DNA of 40,000 nucleotides, taken from an uncultured Nitrososphaerota archaeon. GTDB lineage: Archaea > Thermoproteota > Nitrososphaeria > Nitrososphaerales > Nitrosopumilaceae. The stretch covers positions 498,100 to 538,099 of the forward strand of contig CAWIGX010000003.1 in the NCBI GenBank assembly GCA_963835875.1, written 5' to 3'. The position numbers were made by a program, and so were the translations under genes. Below, one piece after another: positions 9,646-19,496 of this stretch (position 1 is the first letter of the stretch; each line of letters opens with the position of its first letter). The notes under the pieces were generated by a model. It had not been told where the DNA came from. It worked only from the letters and a program-made list of their open reading frames with translations, and did not search any database.

Positions 9646-10200
9646 TTGTCTCAGAAACCAACCCTTCCAGGAGATAAAATTGCAATAATTGAAGAGTTTG
9701 AAACTGGCAAGAATACCTTTGATGATGGTCAATCTATAAGATCACTGGTTATAGGTACTTCTGAATTTGATAAAACTAATCGCATAGCTAAAATTAATGA
9801 AATGAGAAAACCTGCAGTTGCACAAGTGAATGATATGATTACGGGCAACATCTCAGCTCTAATGAACAATATGTTTGCGATAAACATATTGTACATAAAT
9901 GGAAAACCTACACATTCAGGTCTAGAATGTATTTGTCAGGCAAGAGGAGCAAAAAAAAGGATCCTTGTAAGAGTAGGAGACATCGTAGCTGCAAAAATAA
10001 TTAGTCATCTAAATGGAGTTGTACATGCAATAATTAGTGAACCTGAGTTAGGGGTTTTATTTACACAATGTAACAAGTGTGGTGCAAAAGTGGTATCAAT
10101 GGGTAGCAGTATAAAATGTGTAGATTGTGGATACATTGAAGAAAGAAAATTATCAAATATGTTTGGAAACAGCGATTTTATAAAATTCAACTCTAACTAA
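9646..10200 (+). CDS. csl4: exosome complex RNA-binding subunit Csl4
   Basis: N-terminal PGDKIAIIEEF, central S1/OB region, C-terminal zinc ribbon CNKCG...CVDCG. Confidence 0.75.
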   Translation: MSQKPTLPGDKIAIIEEFETGKNTFDDGQSIRSLVIGTSEFDKTNRIAKINEMRKPAVAQVNDMITGNISALMNNMFAINILYINGKPTHSGLECICQARGAKKRILVRVGDIVAAKIISHLNGVVHAIISEPELGVLFTQCNKCGAKVVSMGSSIKCVDCGYIEERKLSNMFGNSDFIKFNSN

Positions 10201-10204
10201 GAAT

Positions 10205-11014
10205 ATGTTAAAAGTGGCATTTCAAGGTGAACCAGGAGCTTATAGTCAAGCAGCCGCAGTAAGTTTTTTTAAAGAGCCAATTCAGACAATACCACATCCT
10301 ACATTTTATGAGGCATTAGATTCTACAGAAAATGGAAGATCAGATTACGCCATACTTCCTGTAGAAAATTCACTTGAAGGAAGCGTGGGTGAAAGTTATG
10401 ACTTGCTACTTACTACCAAACTCAGTGTGGTAGGTGAAACATATCATAGAATATCACATTGTTTAATAGGTTTACAAAATCTGGAAAAAATTGATACTGT
10501 GTATTCTCATCCACAGGCACTTGGTCAGTGTAGAAAATTCATTCAAAGTAATCATTTGAAGCCCATACCAACTTATGATACTGCAGGTAGCGTAAAAATT
10601 CTCTTGGAACTTAACAAGGACAACATTGCATGCATTGCCAGTAGAAAAGCTGCTGAAATCTATAATGTTCCAATAATAAAAGAAGGAATAGAGGATAATC
10701 CAAATAATTATACACGATTTCTTGTCTTGGCAAATAATAAAAAAGAAAAAACATCTAAAGACAAGACATCCATAATTTTTGCAATAAAACACATTCCTGG
10801 CGCACTATACAATATTCTTGAAAAATTTAATGCAAATAAAATTAATCTAACAAAAATCGAATCACGTCCTACAAAGAATACTCCTTGGGAATACAATTTT
10901 TACGTAGATTTTGAGGGTCATCAAGATGATAGTGCTATTTTAGACACTATAGAAAAAATACGATCAAATACAATATTTCTCAAGATACTTGGTTCATATC
11001 CAAGAGCAGGTTAA
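10205..11014 (+). CDS. pheA: prephenate dehydratase
   Basis: PDT domain (VAFQGEPGAYS, TRFLVL) followed by an ACT domain with ESRP. Confidence 0.9.
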   Translation: MLKVAFQGEPGAYSQAAAVSFFKEPIQTIPHPTFYEALDSTENGRSDYAILPVENSLEGSVGESYDLLLTTKLSVVGETYHRISHCLIGLQNLEKIDTVYSHPQALGQCRKFIQSNHLKPIPTYDTAGSVKILLELNKDNIACIASRKAAEIYNVPIIKEGIEDNPNNYTRFLVLANNKKEKTSKDKTSIIFAIKHIPGALYNILEKFNANKINLTKIESRPTKNTPWEYNFYVDFEGHQDDSAILDTIEKIRSNTIFLKILGSYPRAG

Positions 11015-11015
11015 T

Positions 11016-11480
11016 CTAGAATCCCTTGGGTCTTCTAATTGAAAACGCTGCACTAATTCCAATTATTAGAACTCCTGAAGATATAACAATAAGATGAGAT
11101 GTGAATATCAACGGATTTGTCACGGCTTGTAATTTTCCAGTTACATAGAGTACAGAGCCTCCAGTATTTGTTACATTTATGAAATGTTTTCCATTGAAAA
11201 GGCTATACCAATCAAAGGAAACGTTCTTTGTAAAATCACGATCAACTTGTAAACCATCTTTTGGGGTTTTTAGTGTAACATGAAATGAGGTTCCCGTAAC
11301 ATTAAGAAATTCATGATAATGTTGTAGTGCGTCAAATGAAAAAATATCACTTTTTCCCATATCTACAACGTCATTTACTTCATGTACATTACTCATTAGG
11401 TCTTGAATTAGAAAAAAGGTTCCAAGAATAATACCTACTGAACCTATTGCAATTCCGAGTACGCTTTTTTTTGAAAGCAT
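11016..11480 (-). CDS. hypothetical membrane-anchored protein
   Basis: Hydrophobic helices at both ends. No recognisable motif. Confidence 0.45.
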   Translation of the reverse strand: MLSKKSVLGIAIGSVGIILGTFFLIQDLMSNVHEVNDVVDMGKSDIFSFDALQHYHEFLNVTGTSFHVTLKTPKDGLQVDRDFTKNVSFDWYSLFNGKHFINVTNTGGSVLYVTGKLQAVTNPLIFTSHLIVISSGVLIIGISAAFSIRRPKGF

Positions 11481-11518
11481 TATGAGAAAAACTAGTTTGT
11501 AATTATATTTAAAGTAAA

Positions 11519-12959
11519 TTACATTAACTCTACATCATGTGGTTGACTTTCGGCATATCCAGCTGTTGACATTTTTATAAATTCAGCATTTTGTTGCATT
11601 TGAGGAATAGTATTTGCACCACAATAACTTAGGCCAGAACGTATTCCTCCTGTTAATTGTTTTATGATATCAGTTACACTTCCTTTGTATGGAACCATTG
11701 CCTCGACACCTTCTGCGACATAATCATTAAGGTCTTCTACCATAGAAGCATTACTGGTTTCCTTGCTCTTTCTTCCAAGAGCTGCATAAAATGATGCCAT
11801 ACCTCGATAAATCTTGTATCGTTTACCATTTTTCGTCATAAATGAACCAGGACTTTCATCTGTTCCTCCTAACAGGCTTCCAACCATTACAGTAGATGCT
11901 CCGGCAGCAAGTGCTTTTGTAGCATCACCGGATGTCCTTACGCCACCATCAGATATTATTGGAATATCATATTTTTTGCCAACTTGTGCACAATCTAGTA
12001 CAGTGTAAGTCTGAGGTACCCCAGATCCAGTGATTACTCTAGTAATGCAGATGGAACCAGAGCCTACTCCTACCTTTACTGCATCTACACCAGCTTTGAT
12101 GAGATTCCTCCGTACCTTGAGCAGTAGCTACATTTCCTGCAATTAATTCACAATTTGGAAAAGCCTTCTTTATCAATCGAACCGTGTTAATTGCGTTCTC
12201 ACTATGTCCATGTGCAATATCCACCACTATGACATCAGCACCTGCATCTAGCAATGCTTCTGTTCTTTCCATAAAATCTCCCTTTACACCGACTGCAGCT
12301 CCTACCAATGGTCTTCCCTTCCTATCTTTTGATGCATGTGGATAATTATCAGCATTAATGATATCTTTACTAGTGATCAATCCTTTGACATGCCCACGTT
12401 CGTCTAAAAGCGGTAATTTTTCAATGCAGTTTTTTCGAAGTATTTCTTTTGCTTCAACGATGGATATTCCAGATTTTGCTGTAATAACATCGCTTGTCAT
12501 GACCTCGTCGACTTTTTTATTTTCATCTTTTGGCTCAAGCATGACAATATCTCTTCTTGTCAATATTCCAACAAGTTGACCTTGATTATCTGTCACAAGC
12601 AATCCTGAAGCTCCTTTTTCACGCATAGAGTCTATAGCTTCATGTACTGTTTGTTTGGGATCTATAGTATATGGATTTTCTATTATAATGCTGCCTGAAC
12701 GTTTTGTTTTGAGTACCTCGTTTACCTGTTCTGAGATAGTAAGAAATCTATGTATAATTCCAATTCCACCCTCCCTTGCTATTGCCACTGCCATGGCAGA
12801 TTCAGTTACAGTATCCATGTTTGCACTGATTACAGGTATGTTAAGCGAAATATTTTTTGAAAGTTTTGTTTGCAAATTTGTTTGAGACCTAGTAACTATA
12901 TCTGATCGTTTAGGAACAAGGAGTACATCATCAAATGTTAGTCCTTCCCTTATTTCCAA
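11519..12959 (-). pseudogene. guaB: IMP dehydrogenase interrupted by one surplus nucleotide (as sequenced)
   Basis: The N-terminal ORF (12039..12959) contains the IMPDH barrel and CBS pair, then goes out of frame after ...AGNVATAQGTEE. Skipping base 12104 restores LIKAGVDAVKVGVGSGSICITRVITGSGVPQ...IISDGGVRTSGDATKALAAGASTVMVGSLLGGTDESPG. This runs straight into the ORF 11519..11887. The span is 1441 nt = 3n+1. Confidence 0.9.
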
Positions 12960-12989
12960 TGAAACCTTCTTGGTTAGAATGAAAATCTG

Positions 12990-13856
12990 TTATAAGCCTT
13001 TCTTGAGATTTTTTAAACTATCAACGATCTTGATTGCATCGCTTGTAGCTTTTACATTATGTGTTCGTAGTATATCAGCACCATTTAGAGCCGCAAAAGT
13101 TTCTGCTGCAATAGAGCCATAGATTCGTTCTGCAGGATCTGGCTCATCTAATATTTTTCCTATGAATGACTTTCGTGAAATTGAAATGAGAATGGGGTAT
13201 CGATCTTTTATTTTATTCAAGTTTTTCAGTACCAAGATGTCTCTTTGCAACCAATCAGAATTTATTTTTGAAAACAATATGCCTTTTGCCTCTTGTCTAA
13301 AGAAGCCAATTGCAGGATCTACTACGATCTTGCTCTTTGGAACTCCTGATTTTAATGCCATTGTAACACTTTGATTAATCAATTTTCTTGTTTGTGTGAC
13401 TAGATTTCCTTTTATGAGATCATTACTAAATGCACAAATAATTACAGATGGACGATATTCCTCAAGTACATTAACCATATTTTTATCATATTTTAGGCCT
13501 GAAACATCATTGATTATTTCTACGCCTAGTTGAAGAGCCGCCTTTGCTACCTTTGCTCTACATGTATCAATAGAGATAGGTAACTTTGAAACTTTTTGGA
13601 TAGAGTCTATGGCGTTTGTTATTCTTTTGATTTCTTTTTCCTCAGACACTAGAGTTTTGATATATGGTGCAGTAGACATTCCTCCAACATCAATAAAATC
13701 AGCACCGTCTTCTTCCATTAATTTTGAAATCTTGCTTATAGTTGGTTTATCAGTAAATACTGATTTTTTGTAAAATGATTCGGGACTTGTATTTATAATT
13801 CCCATTATTCGCAATGGATTAGAACCACCTATTCTTACTCCTGCAAGTTCATGCAT
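12990..13856 (-). CDS. folP: dihydropteroate synthase
   Basis: Pterin-binding motifs IMGIINTSPESFY, GADFIDVGGMSTAP and VDPAIGF. Confidence 0.85.
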   Translation of the reverse strand: MHELAGVRIGGSNPLRIMGIINTSPESFYKKSVFTDKPTISKISKLMEEDGADFIDVGGMSTAPYIKTLVSEEKEIKRITNAIDSIQKVSKLPISIDTCRAKVAKAALQLGVEIINDVSGLKYDKNMVNVLEEYRPSVIICAFSNDLIKGNLVTQTRKLINQSVTMALKSGVPKSKIVVDPAIGFFRQEAKGILFSKINSDWLQRDILVLKNLNKIKDRYPILISISRKSFIGKILDEPDPAERIYGSIAAETFAALNGADILRTHNVKATSDAIKIVDSLKNLKKGL

Positions 13857-13892
13857 ATAGTTTATGATTAACCCAGATACATTTAGACTTAC

Positions 13893-14631
13893 ATGACTTT
13901 GAACGGTTGGCAGAAAAAATATCAGGAAATTCTAAATGAATTTGGTTATGATAGATCAAAAGAGATAAGATCTGCCAATATTCTGAATTCACTTCTAAAG
14001 ACAAGATTTGAATTAAACATGATAGAAAAAAAAATTAAAAACAAAACTGTTTTTGTTGTTGGAGCAGGACCATCACTTAGTATTTCTTTACAATACATAA
14101 AAAAATTTAGAAATTTTACAAGGATCGTAGACTGATGGTGCTACACAGGTCTTGCTTGAAAACAAAATAATGCCAGATATCATAGTAACTGATCTTGATG
14201 GAAACATGGAGTATCTCAAAAAAGCGTCAGAACTCAAATCAATAATGATTGTTCATGCACATGGAGATAACATTAACAGACTTCCACATGCAATCTCATT
14301 CAAATATTGTCTAGGAACAACAGAAGACAAATCATTTAGAAAAATTAGAAACTTTGGCGGATTCACGGATGGTGATAGATGCGTATTTCTTGCCAATCAT
14401 TTTGGAGCATCCAAAATTATCCTAATTGGAATGGATTTTGGAACTCATATAGGAAAATATTCTAAAGCAGGAACATATAACAAATCCTTAAAGCTAAAAA
14501 AGTTAAGGAAAGGAAAATTACTCTTAGAGTGGTTAGTTACAAAGAGTAATGCAGAACTTTATACAACATCCAAGCCAATTATAGGATTCAAAAATATAAA
14601 ATTAGAGGACCTTCAAAGGTTGGTCAGATAA
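13893..14631 (+). pseudogene. mptE: 6-hydroxymethyl-7,8-dihydropterin pyrophosphokinase, MptE/DUF115 type, split by one surplus nucleotide
   Basis: VVGAGPSL in the first ORF. Frame +1 opens at 14131 and reads TDGATQVLLENKIMPDIIVTDLDG...HAHGDN, which are the MptE motifs. Frame 0 stops at 14133-14135. The span is 739 nt = 3n+1. The gene is adjacent to and divergent from folP. Confidence 0.7.
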
Positions 14632-14677
14632 CAGAGCTTGTTTTAATATTTATTATCCATTCAGCAATAGAAAAAAC

Positions 14678-15235
14678 ATGGATTATTCAGAAGAAAATAT
14701 ACGTGATATTTTAGAATTAAGAGAATGGATCTCTGAAGAAATTGAAAAAAGAGAAAGAGAGATAGATAGATTTCAACAGAATCTTCGTATTCTTGATTCC
14801 CTAGTAAAGCAATCAAGTTTTAGCAAAGCGTCTTCTCTTGTATCATCTGATAAACAGAACATTCAATCAAATCAGCAAACATCTTCTGTAATACCAATCA
14901 AAACACCAGACAGTAAGATTTTGGCAAATGCGCATGTAACTCCCGATGAACTAGTAATCATCCCATTAGAAAACATCATGTTAGATGTAGAAACACATCC
15001 ATTCAAGTCATTTTTTCTTGGAAGAATAGTAAGAGGAATGGAAAGTCAAGATAGATTAGATGTTCAAAATGGTAAGATTCCTCAAAATGCTGCAATATCA
15101 TGTTTAGTAAATAAAGACGGAAATAGAATTAAAGAAATTCTTATCAAAAATTATCGTCAAAAGGAAAGAGTAACCGAGATAATAAATACAGTAACATGGT
15201 CATTTTCCAGAATGATAGAAAATTCTCAAAAGTGA
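14678..15235 (+). CDS. hypothetical protein (N-terminal coiled coil)
   Basis: Clean 185-aa ORF ending 4 nt before guaA. No motif recognised. Confidence 0.5.
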   Translation: MDYSEENIRDILELREWISEEIEKREREIDRFQQNLRILDSLVKQSSFSKASSLVSSDKQNIQSNQQTSSVIPIKTPDSKILANAHVTPDELVIIPLENIMLDVETHPFKSFFLGRIVRGMESQDRLDVQNGKIPQNAAISCLVNKDGNRIKEILIKNYRQKERVTEIINTVTWSFSRMIENSQK

Positions 15236-15239
15236 TATC

Positions 15240-16764
15240 ATGGATAAAATAATAGTATTAGATTTTGGTTCGCAGTATAGTCATCTTATTTGTAGAAGAA
15301 TTAGAGAATTTTCAGTATATTCTGAACTTGTTCCATACAACATATCACCCGAAGAACTAAGAAAGATGAATCCAAAAGGGATTGTATTTAGTGGGGGACC
15401 TGCAAGTGTATACAATAAGGATTCACCACAACCATCAAATGAAATATTTGAGATTGGACTCCCAGTACTTGGAATATGTTATGGTCATCAATTAATTGTT
15501 AACAAATTTGGTGGCAAGGTTAAGCGTTCTCACAAGGAGTATGGTTCATCATTACTTAGCATAGATAATGATTCAGATCTACTTTCTGGGATGGGTCAAT
15601 CAACAAGAGCTTGGATGAGCCATGGGGATGCTGCTGAAAGTCTTCCAGAAGGATTTGAGGTGATAGGACATACTGAAAATTCTTTTGCAGCGGCAATTGC
15701 AAATAAACAAAAGATGGTATATGGTATTCAATTTCATCCAGAAGTAGTACATACTGAAAATGGAGTTCAAGTACTGAAGAATTTTGTTTTAAACATATGC
15801 AAAGCAAAACAAGATTGGACTTTGGAGAATTTTATAGAAACAACAGTTACAGAAATTTCAAAGATTAATGGTGATGTATTATGTGGGATAAGTGGAGGTA
15901 TTGATTCTACAGTAGCAGCATTATTAATTCAAAAAGCTATAGGAAATAGACTCAAGTGTGTTTTTGTAGATAATGGTCTTTTGCGACTAGATGAAGAAGT
16001 AGAAGTAGAAAACATGTTTGAAAATAATTTTGGTATGAATTTTACAGTAATAAACGCAAAACAGCGATTTCTTTCTAGATTCAAAGGAGTAACTGATCCT
16101 GAACAGAAACGAATGATTGTTGGAGAAGAATTTGTCAAGGTATTTACAGAGTTTGCTGAAAAGAATGGTCCTTTCAAATGGTTAGCTCAAGGTACACTAT
16201 ATCCAGATGTCATAGAAAGTGGAATTTCCAAGGGCCCAGCAGCAGTAATTAAGACTCACCATAATGTAGGAGGATTACCACCATGGTTAAACTTGCAAGT
16301 ATTGGAGCCTCTAAGATTCCTTTACAAGGACGAGGTAAGAAAAGTTGGCAAAATTTTAGGAGTATCAGATAAACTTCTTAATCGTCATCCATTTCCAGGA
16401 CCTGGTCTTGCTGTAAGAGTGATGGGTGAATTGACTCCAGAAAAATTACAGATCTGTAAACATGCAAGTAAAATTGTAGAAGATGAACTTGCGTCTTCAG
16501 CATGGTATGATAAAGTTTGGCAAGCTTATGCAGCAGTAGGAGATGATAGAGCGGTAGGAGTAGTTGGAGATGAAAGAAAATATGGTCATGTTGTTCTTGT
16601 TAGAGTAGTAGATTCTATTGATGCAATGACTGCAGATTGGACAAGATTGCCTTCAGATATACTTGAAAGAATTAGTAATAGAATTACAAACGAGGTTGAA
16701 GATGTGGCATGGGTAAGCTTATGTAATTTCAAGTAAACCACCTGCTACTATAGAACCTCAATAA
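15240..16764 (+). CDS. guaA: GMP synthase (glutamine-hydrolysing); true C-terminus recovered after a 1-nt frameshift at ~16716
   Basis: GATase motifs (ICYGHQ, HPE) and the ATP-PPase motif SGGIDS. The track ORF ends ...EDVAWVSLCNFK* at 16736. Skipping base 16716 gives ...WVAYVISSKPPATIEPQ* (stop at 16762-16764), which matches the conserved GuaA tail Y-x-I-x-x-KPPATIE. The span is 1525 nt = 3n+1. Confidence 0.9.
16749..16763. repeat. left target-site duplication TATAGAACCTCAATA (contains the guaA stop codon)
   Basis: An identical 15-mer sits at 29001..29015, immediately outside the two inverted termini. Exact identity extends to 23 bp (16749..16771 = 29001..29023). Confidence 0.8.
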
Positions 16765-16816
16765 AAATAGAACACCCCTAGTTTACTCGTGAAAATCTGA
16801 CGCTTGTCGTAAAAGT
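16764..16816 (+). repeat. left terminal inverted repeat
   Basis: AAAATAGAACACCCCTAGTTTACTCGTGAAAATCTGACGCTTGTCGTAAAAGT. The first 15 nt are identical to the reverse complement of the right end. Confidence 0.8.
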
Positions 16817-16844
16817 ATTTTGTCTATCATGTATGTGATCAATT

Positions 16845-17690
16845 ATGACAGATCAAAAACCACCTAATTATAAAACTGTGGGGGAAATTCTCGAGGGATA
16901 TCTCAATTATGTGTCAGAATTTATTGAAAAAATAGGGGATGAGAATCCAATGCCCTTTTACAATGAAACTGTAGCAAAAATGAGAATAATTCAAAAAAAT
17001 ATTATTCAAATAAATTCACCTTTTCTAAAAGATACTGATCTTCACGATCTCTATGACGTAGTATTATCAATACTGATTAATTGGAATGGTGATATTACAA
17101 AAAACGTTCGTAACTATGTAGACGCTCACATAGAAATTGCAAGAAATTCGTTTGCAAAAAAAGACAACTATAATCCAATGATAGTAATAATTAATGAAAG
17201 AGATCGTTTTCTTAATGCTAATACTGTATTTGAACAAGTTTTGAGAAAGATCAATAGTAAAATGATAGAAGAAGTAGAACTGTATGCACTCTTTTTTGCA
17301 TTAATTTCTTCTCAGGAAGTAATGGAAAAAACTCTTTATGCTGAAATAAGCGGAGGAATTAAAAAATTCAATATTGAAAATTATGATCTAATTGAAATGT
17401 TTTCAGTCACTGGAAAATGGAAAGATAGTGACGGATTTTTTAAAACAGATTCCAAAGTAATTAGAAATTCACTATCTCATTTCGATTTTGAACTTGTACG
17501 AGATCAAGGTTTGATAATATTTCATCCAAAATCTCAAGATGCTGAGATTAAGAAAACTTTTACCTTGCGTGAATTTTTAAAATATGTTTCAAATAGTAGG
17601 TTTCTTTTACAGACATTCTATGTGGCATTATGTGTACTAACTTCTTTTACATTATTACGCAAATACTATGTCATGCATGATAGCCCATGA
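16845..17690 (+). CDS. hypothetical protein with Rx4H (HEPN-like) motif
   Basis: Mostly alpha-helical-looking 281-aa protein containing VIRNSLSHFDFE (R-N-x3-H). Stop overlaps the next start (ATGA). Confidence 0.35.
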   Translation: MTDQKPPNYKTVGEILEGYLNYVSEFIEKIGDENPMPFYNETVAKMRIIQKNIIQINSPFLKDTDLHDLYDVVLSILINWNGDITKNVRNYVDAHIEIARNSFAKKDNYNPMIVIINERDRFLNANTVFEQVLRKINSKMIEEVELYALFFALISSQEVMEKTLYAEISGGIKKFNIENYDLIEMFSVTGKWKDSDGFFKTDSKVIRNSLSHFDFELVRDQGLIIFHPKSQDAEIKKTFTLREFLKYVSNSRFLLQTFYVALCVLTSFTLLRKYYVMHDSP

Positions 17691-18112
17691 TGGATCCTTT
17701 TGATGAACTGATGAAACTATGGGACAAGACAAGTGATGAGCATATTACATGGCAAAAAACAAGACATGTACATTCCATGGATGAAATGTTTGAAACATTA
17801 AAGAAATTACTAGCTAAACAAGAGGAGATTGAAAAATATGCAGAGATCATCAAGCCCTTACCTGCTGTAGATAAAGCCCCCGCTCTTGCGGCTAAATACA
17901 AAAATCTCTATCAGATACAATCATTTCTTTCAGACGTTTTGTTGGAATTGTTTTCACGAGTAATGTCAGAGATGAAAAAGAAGATACCTGCAAATGATTC
18001 TCTTGATCCTAGGATACAATTCATGATAACAGAGCAGGTTCGAATCGAAGTTGCCAAGAAATTACAAAAACCAAAGGTAAAACATGACACTAAAAGGAAG
18101 AAAAAAATCTGA
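17687..18112 (+). CDS. hypothetical protein with Lys-rich C-terminal tail
   Basis: 141 aa, translationally coupled to the upstream ORF. The tail KPKVKHDTKRKKKI resembles the tail of ORF 18156..18719. The stop codon lies inside the internal TIR-motif copy. Confidence 0.45.
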   Translation: MMDPFDELMKLWDKTSDEHITWQKTRHVHSMDEMFETLKKLLAKQEEIEKYAEIIKPLPAVDKAPALAAKYKNLYQIQSFLSDVLLELFSRVMSEMKKKIPANDSLDPRIQFMITEQVRIEVAKKLQKPKVKHDTKRKKKI

Positions 18113-18124
18113 CGCTTGTCGTAA
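18104..18124 (+). repeat. internal third copy of the subterminal TIR motif AAAATCTGACGCTTGTCGTAA
   Basis: Exact 21-nt match to 16792..16812 in direct orientation (24/25 if extended). The right TIR carries the inverted version (TGACGCTTCTCGTAA). Confidence 0.8.
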
Positions 18125-18155
18125 GAGTTAAGACTCAACAAAGATCATAAAATTT

Positions 18156-18719
18156 GTGAAAAAAGAATTCAATGATCTAAAAGAACACCTTCAATTTACA
18201 TTTGATTTTGATCAAGATACTAGAGGATCTTATCTATACCAAACTGCAGAAATTGAATCCTTGGTAGAACAAATTATTGCCTATCACTACTGTAGTGAAG
18301 ATTTGAAAAAGATGAATTCTTTTTTATCCCTAGTTTTAAGCCAGTTAAATTTTAATTCTAAAATTAAAATTTTCTTGAAGATATTAGAAAAATACATTGA
18401 GTTCAAAGATGAGTATCCCATCATAAAAACAAGCCTTCCAAATATTCAATCATTTAGAAATAAACTGGCTCATTCACGACTAGATACATCCTACGAATTC
18501 ATACAAAGACGTCAGCGTAAAATAAGATTGATTTCACAACGAGATGAGAAGATCCAACTTTTAGAAATAACAGAGAAACTTGTAAAACAAAAAAATAAAG
18601 AAATTGCTACGCTACACATGAAACTGAATAAAATTGCTAATAAAATCAGCAAAGGAGAAGTAGGAATTTTAAAACCAGTTGTAAAGCTTGACTCTAAACG
18701 GAAGAAAAAATCACTATAA
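18156..18719 (+). CDS. hypothetical protein with Rx4H (HEPN/Abi-like) motif
   Basis: FRNKLAHSRLD (R-N-x3-H, as in AbiD/F-type HEPN proteins) in a helical 187-aa protein. C-terminal tail is KPVVKLDSKRKKKSL. Confidence 0.4.
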   Translation: MKKEFNDLKEHLQFTFDFDQDTRGSYLYQTAEIESLVEQIIAYHYCSEDLKKMNSFLSLVLSQLNFNSKIKIFLKILEKYIEFKDEYPIIKTSLPNIQSFRNKLAHSRLDTSYEFIQRRQRKIRLISQRDEKIQLLEITEKLVKQKNKEIATLHMKLNKIANKISKGEVGILKPVVKLDSKRKKKSL

Positions 18720-18787
18720 TGTAAGATTATGCTAGTTCATTTTTAATATCAAATTTTTTATTAATTCCAGTTTCTCTTATAGAAGGT

Positions 18788-19441
18788 TCAATATAGATTG
18801 GTAAAATTGGTGAGTTTATCAATGGCAAATTTACGATCAAAGTTTTTTATCAGGTCTTTTGATGCAGATTTTTCAAAATAAAAACCAAACACTTGCTTTC
18901 CAGCATTTTTTACAGCTTTCACCAAATCCACAAAATCAGCATCGCCTGCAATCAATACAGCCCAATCATAATGATTTTCATATGCCTTACTCAACATGTC
19001 TATTGCGATTAAGGAATCCACCCCTTTTTGTCTAAATTCCCAATTATCCTTATTTTCCGCCCCTCCTTTTGTAGATAGCACTAATCTTCCTAACTTGATT
19101 TCAAAAAAATCTGTCTTCTCTATTTCTTTAATATATTGATTTTGTGTGGTAGATGTTTTTTCAATTTTTTCTTTAGCAATTTCTGATACGTCTGGTGTGA
19201 GTTGCTCCACATTCTGATCTGATGCTATGGCATCATAGTAATAGGTTCGTATGAGATGAGGCATTATATGATCAGTAGAAAGTTCGTGCATTATAGCTCC
19301 GATTAGTTTTTGATATCCTGTAAATTCTTTAGAAAAAATATCGCGAATATTTTTTCGTAGATAATATCCATCTATAAAACATATTACAGACATGAATTTT
19401 TTTGGAATTAACTGTGAACTGACTTGGTTCATACTACCCAT
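18788..19441 (-). CDS. NYN/LabA-like (PIN-related) putative ribonuclease
   Basis: CFIDGYY..., KGVDSLIAIDM and VLIAGDADFVDLVKAVKNAGKQV follow the NYN acidic-residue pattern. Confidence 0.6.
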   Translation of the reverse strand: MGSMNQVSSQLIPKKFMSVICFIDGYYLRKNIRDIFSKEFTGYQKLIGAIMHELSTDHIMPHLIRTYYYDAIASDQNVEQLTPDVSEIAKEKIEKTSTTQNQYIKEIEKTDFFEIKLGRLVLSTKGGAENKDNWEFRQKGVDSLIAIDMLSKAYENHYDWAVLIAGDADFVDLVKAVKNAGKQVFGFYFEKSASKDLIKNFDRKFAIDKLTNFTNLY

Positions 19442-19496
19442 GAATATTTTAAACTAATTCTTGATTTAAGGTTGTTGACAAATTTGCCATAAATCT

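Noticed and set aside
14128-16736. Are the +1 shifts programmed frameshifts at stop codons (prfB- or Euplotes-like)?
   Set aside because: In guaA the homology-supported junction (WV|AYVISSKPP) lies 6 codons upstream of the frame-0 stop. guaB, pfkB and the cobQ-like gene likewise shift away from any stop, and no common slippery motif is visible. Only mptE has a stop right at the junction.
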